This document shows positions 62,654 to 64,000 of a stretch of DNA of 64,000 nucleotides, piece after piece. The DNA lies in assembly GCF_028368995.1 (NCBI RefSeq), contig NZ_JAQNDL010000003.1:1280001-1344000 (forward strand), read 5' to 3'. The notes beneath the pieces were generated by a model, which saw nothing but the letters and a program-made list of their open reading frames with translations, made no database searches and had not been told where the DNA came from. Origin of the DNA: Nannocystis bainbridge (GTDB taxonomy: Bacteria > Myxococcota_A > Polyangia > Nannocystales > Nannocystaceae). Position numbers and translations under genes: made by a program. Positions within the stretch are counted from its first letter, which is position 1. The number at the start of each line of letters is the position of its first letter.

Positions 62654-63043
62654 GGGTGCCAGGGTAGCGGATCGCCGCTGAGAGGAAAGCGAAACGAGTG
62701 GGCCGCGCGCGATGAAGTTCGCAAGCGCGCCCGCGGGGTCTCGCCCGCCGTGTCGGCCGCGAGCTCGCGGCCTCGCGCAGGACCAGAAGGGGCGTCGCCT
62801 CGAGCCGCCGTGGCCGATCGACATGAACCAAAGGACAGACGCCCGCCGGGGTCGCTCGCGAGCTCCGCCTCGCGCAGGGCGAGCACGAGCAGCGCCGCGG
62901 GCGGCGATGCTGACCCGAAGGACCGGAGCCGCATCTCCTGCCGCGAGCTGCAGCGAAATGGCGCCACATGTCCCTTCAGACAGCTCTCAAGCATGCCCCG
63001 AGCGTCGCGCCGCTCCCCTGCGCACCGGCCTCGCCGGTCCCGC

Positions 63044-63700
63044 TCAGGGGATGTCCGCCACGGTCACGCCGAGCCGCTCGGCGTAGCGCTCGAGCGTGCG
63101 CTGCCACGCCGGGCGCGCCAGGGCTCGCACGTAGAACGCCCGCAGCCGCGGGTAGTCGCCGAGCAGGGCCGTTTGACGGATCTCCCGCAGGACGGTGGCG
63201 AGCAGGATGTCGGCCACCGAGAACTCGTCCGCGGCGATCCACGTGCGCCCCTCGAGTCGGCGCTCGAGCCCGGCGAACAGCCGGCGGGTCCAGGCCACCA
63301 GCGCGGCTTGCTGCTCGTCGCTGCCCGCCGGCAGGCCGCCGCCGCCGATCAGCTGGATCGTCGCCACCGGCGGCTCGACCGAGGTGAGCGCCGCGAAGCA
63401 CCACTGGACGATCGCCGCCCGGCCCGCGGCGTCGGCCGGCAGCGCCCCGGCCTTCTCCGCCAGGTACAGCAGGATGGCGCCCGTCTCGGCGATGATGACG
63501 CCATCGTCGTCGATCACCGGCGCCTGGTTGAACGGGCTGATCGCCGCGAACGCCGGGCTGTCGAACTCGCCGCCGGTGTGGTCGAGCGGGTGGACGCGAT
63601 AGCGCAGCCCGAGCTCCTCGAGCGCCCACAGCACGCGCAGGTCGCGTGTCTCGCCGATGACCTTGGGATGGACCCGGCCGAAGCCGTAGAGCGTGATCAT
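63044..63700 (-). CDS. Glutathione S-transferase family protein
   Basis: RDLRV.WALEELG, SPF.Q.P.I.DDG...ETGAIL and FSVAD motifs. GAGGAGG RBS. Confidence 0.92.
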   Translation of the reverse strand: MITLYGFGRVHPKVIGETRDLRVLWALEELGLRYRVHPLDHTGGEFDSPAFAAISPFNQAPVIDDDGVIIAETGAILLYLAEKAGALPADAAGRAAIVQWCFAALTSVEPPVATIQLIGGGGLPAGSDEQQAALVAWTRRLFAGLERRLEGRTWIAADEFSVADILLATVLREIRQTALLGDYPRLRAFYVRALARPAWQRTLERYAERLGVTVADIP

Positions 63701-63852
63701 CCGAACCTCCTCACCCGGGCCGTCGTGGCCGTGGGCATGCCAAGGAAGAGCACGTCAGCGATTTGCGCGCAAGCTGACTCGGCCATACGCAGAGCGCCAT
63801 GAACCAAGCTCCGCGGCCAGGGCCCATGACGCGCGATGGCCGTTCTCACGGG

Positions 63853-64000
63853 CTAGCCGGGCACCTCCGTCAGCGAATCCGCCAAACGACGCAGCGCGCG
63901 GACCCGGCGAGGATCTCCCCGCGTTTGTTCGAGCGCCTCCGCCAGACGTCCCGCCGCCAGGGCGTACGCCGCGTCCATGCCCTGCCGCGCGCGCGGGTTC
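63853..64000 (-). CDS. 3' end of a gene truncated by the window edge
   Basis: Open frame ...NPRARQGMDAAYALAAGRLAEALEQ...LTEVPG* with TAG at 63855-63853. Confidence 0.5.
   Translation of the reverse strand, partial: NPRARQGMDAAYALAAGRLAEALEQTRGDPRRVRALRRLADSLTEVPG

Noticed and set aside
63853-64000. Frameshift in the terminal partial gene
   Set aside because: On re-reading, the frame is continuous to the TAG.

Overview
Very GC-rich chromosomal DNA that is most consistent with a Nannocystis-like myxobacterium. This is inferred from an MglA-family GTPase and many Thr/Gly-linker and Cys-rich lipoproteins. No rRNA, tRNA, CRISPR array, transposase or integrase was recognised. The left and right thirds hold accessory enzymes and lipoproteins: hydrolases, an SDR, an M28 peptidase, a TetR plus diiron oxygenase, an OYE, two GSTs, an orphan N6 DNA methyltransferase, rpe, an MFS transporter, a LysR and a heme-c/Cu monooxygenase. 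The centre (27.7-49.2 kb) is a signalling island containing a soluble poly-HAMP hybrid kinase, four more intact kinases, an excisionase-HTH/receiver fusion, a sigma-70 factor, a Rhodobacter-type kaiC-kaiB pair and a His-retaining but ATPase-degenerate pseudokinase. Three further signals stand out. (1) A 14-bp palindrome, TGTC-N6-GACA, occurs about 28 times perfectly, in 14-bp-phased tandem arrays, at most convergent gene junctions and inside genes. (2) A lipoprotein has a perforin-like MACPF + C2 layout. (3) A roughly 36-bp hairpin tandem array lies upstream of the sigma factor. An MglA paralogue lacking its catalytic residues is also present. Several start codons were moved from the ORF track to more plausible internal starts.
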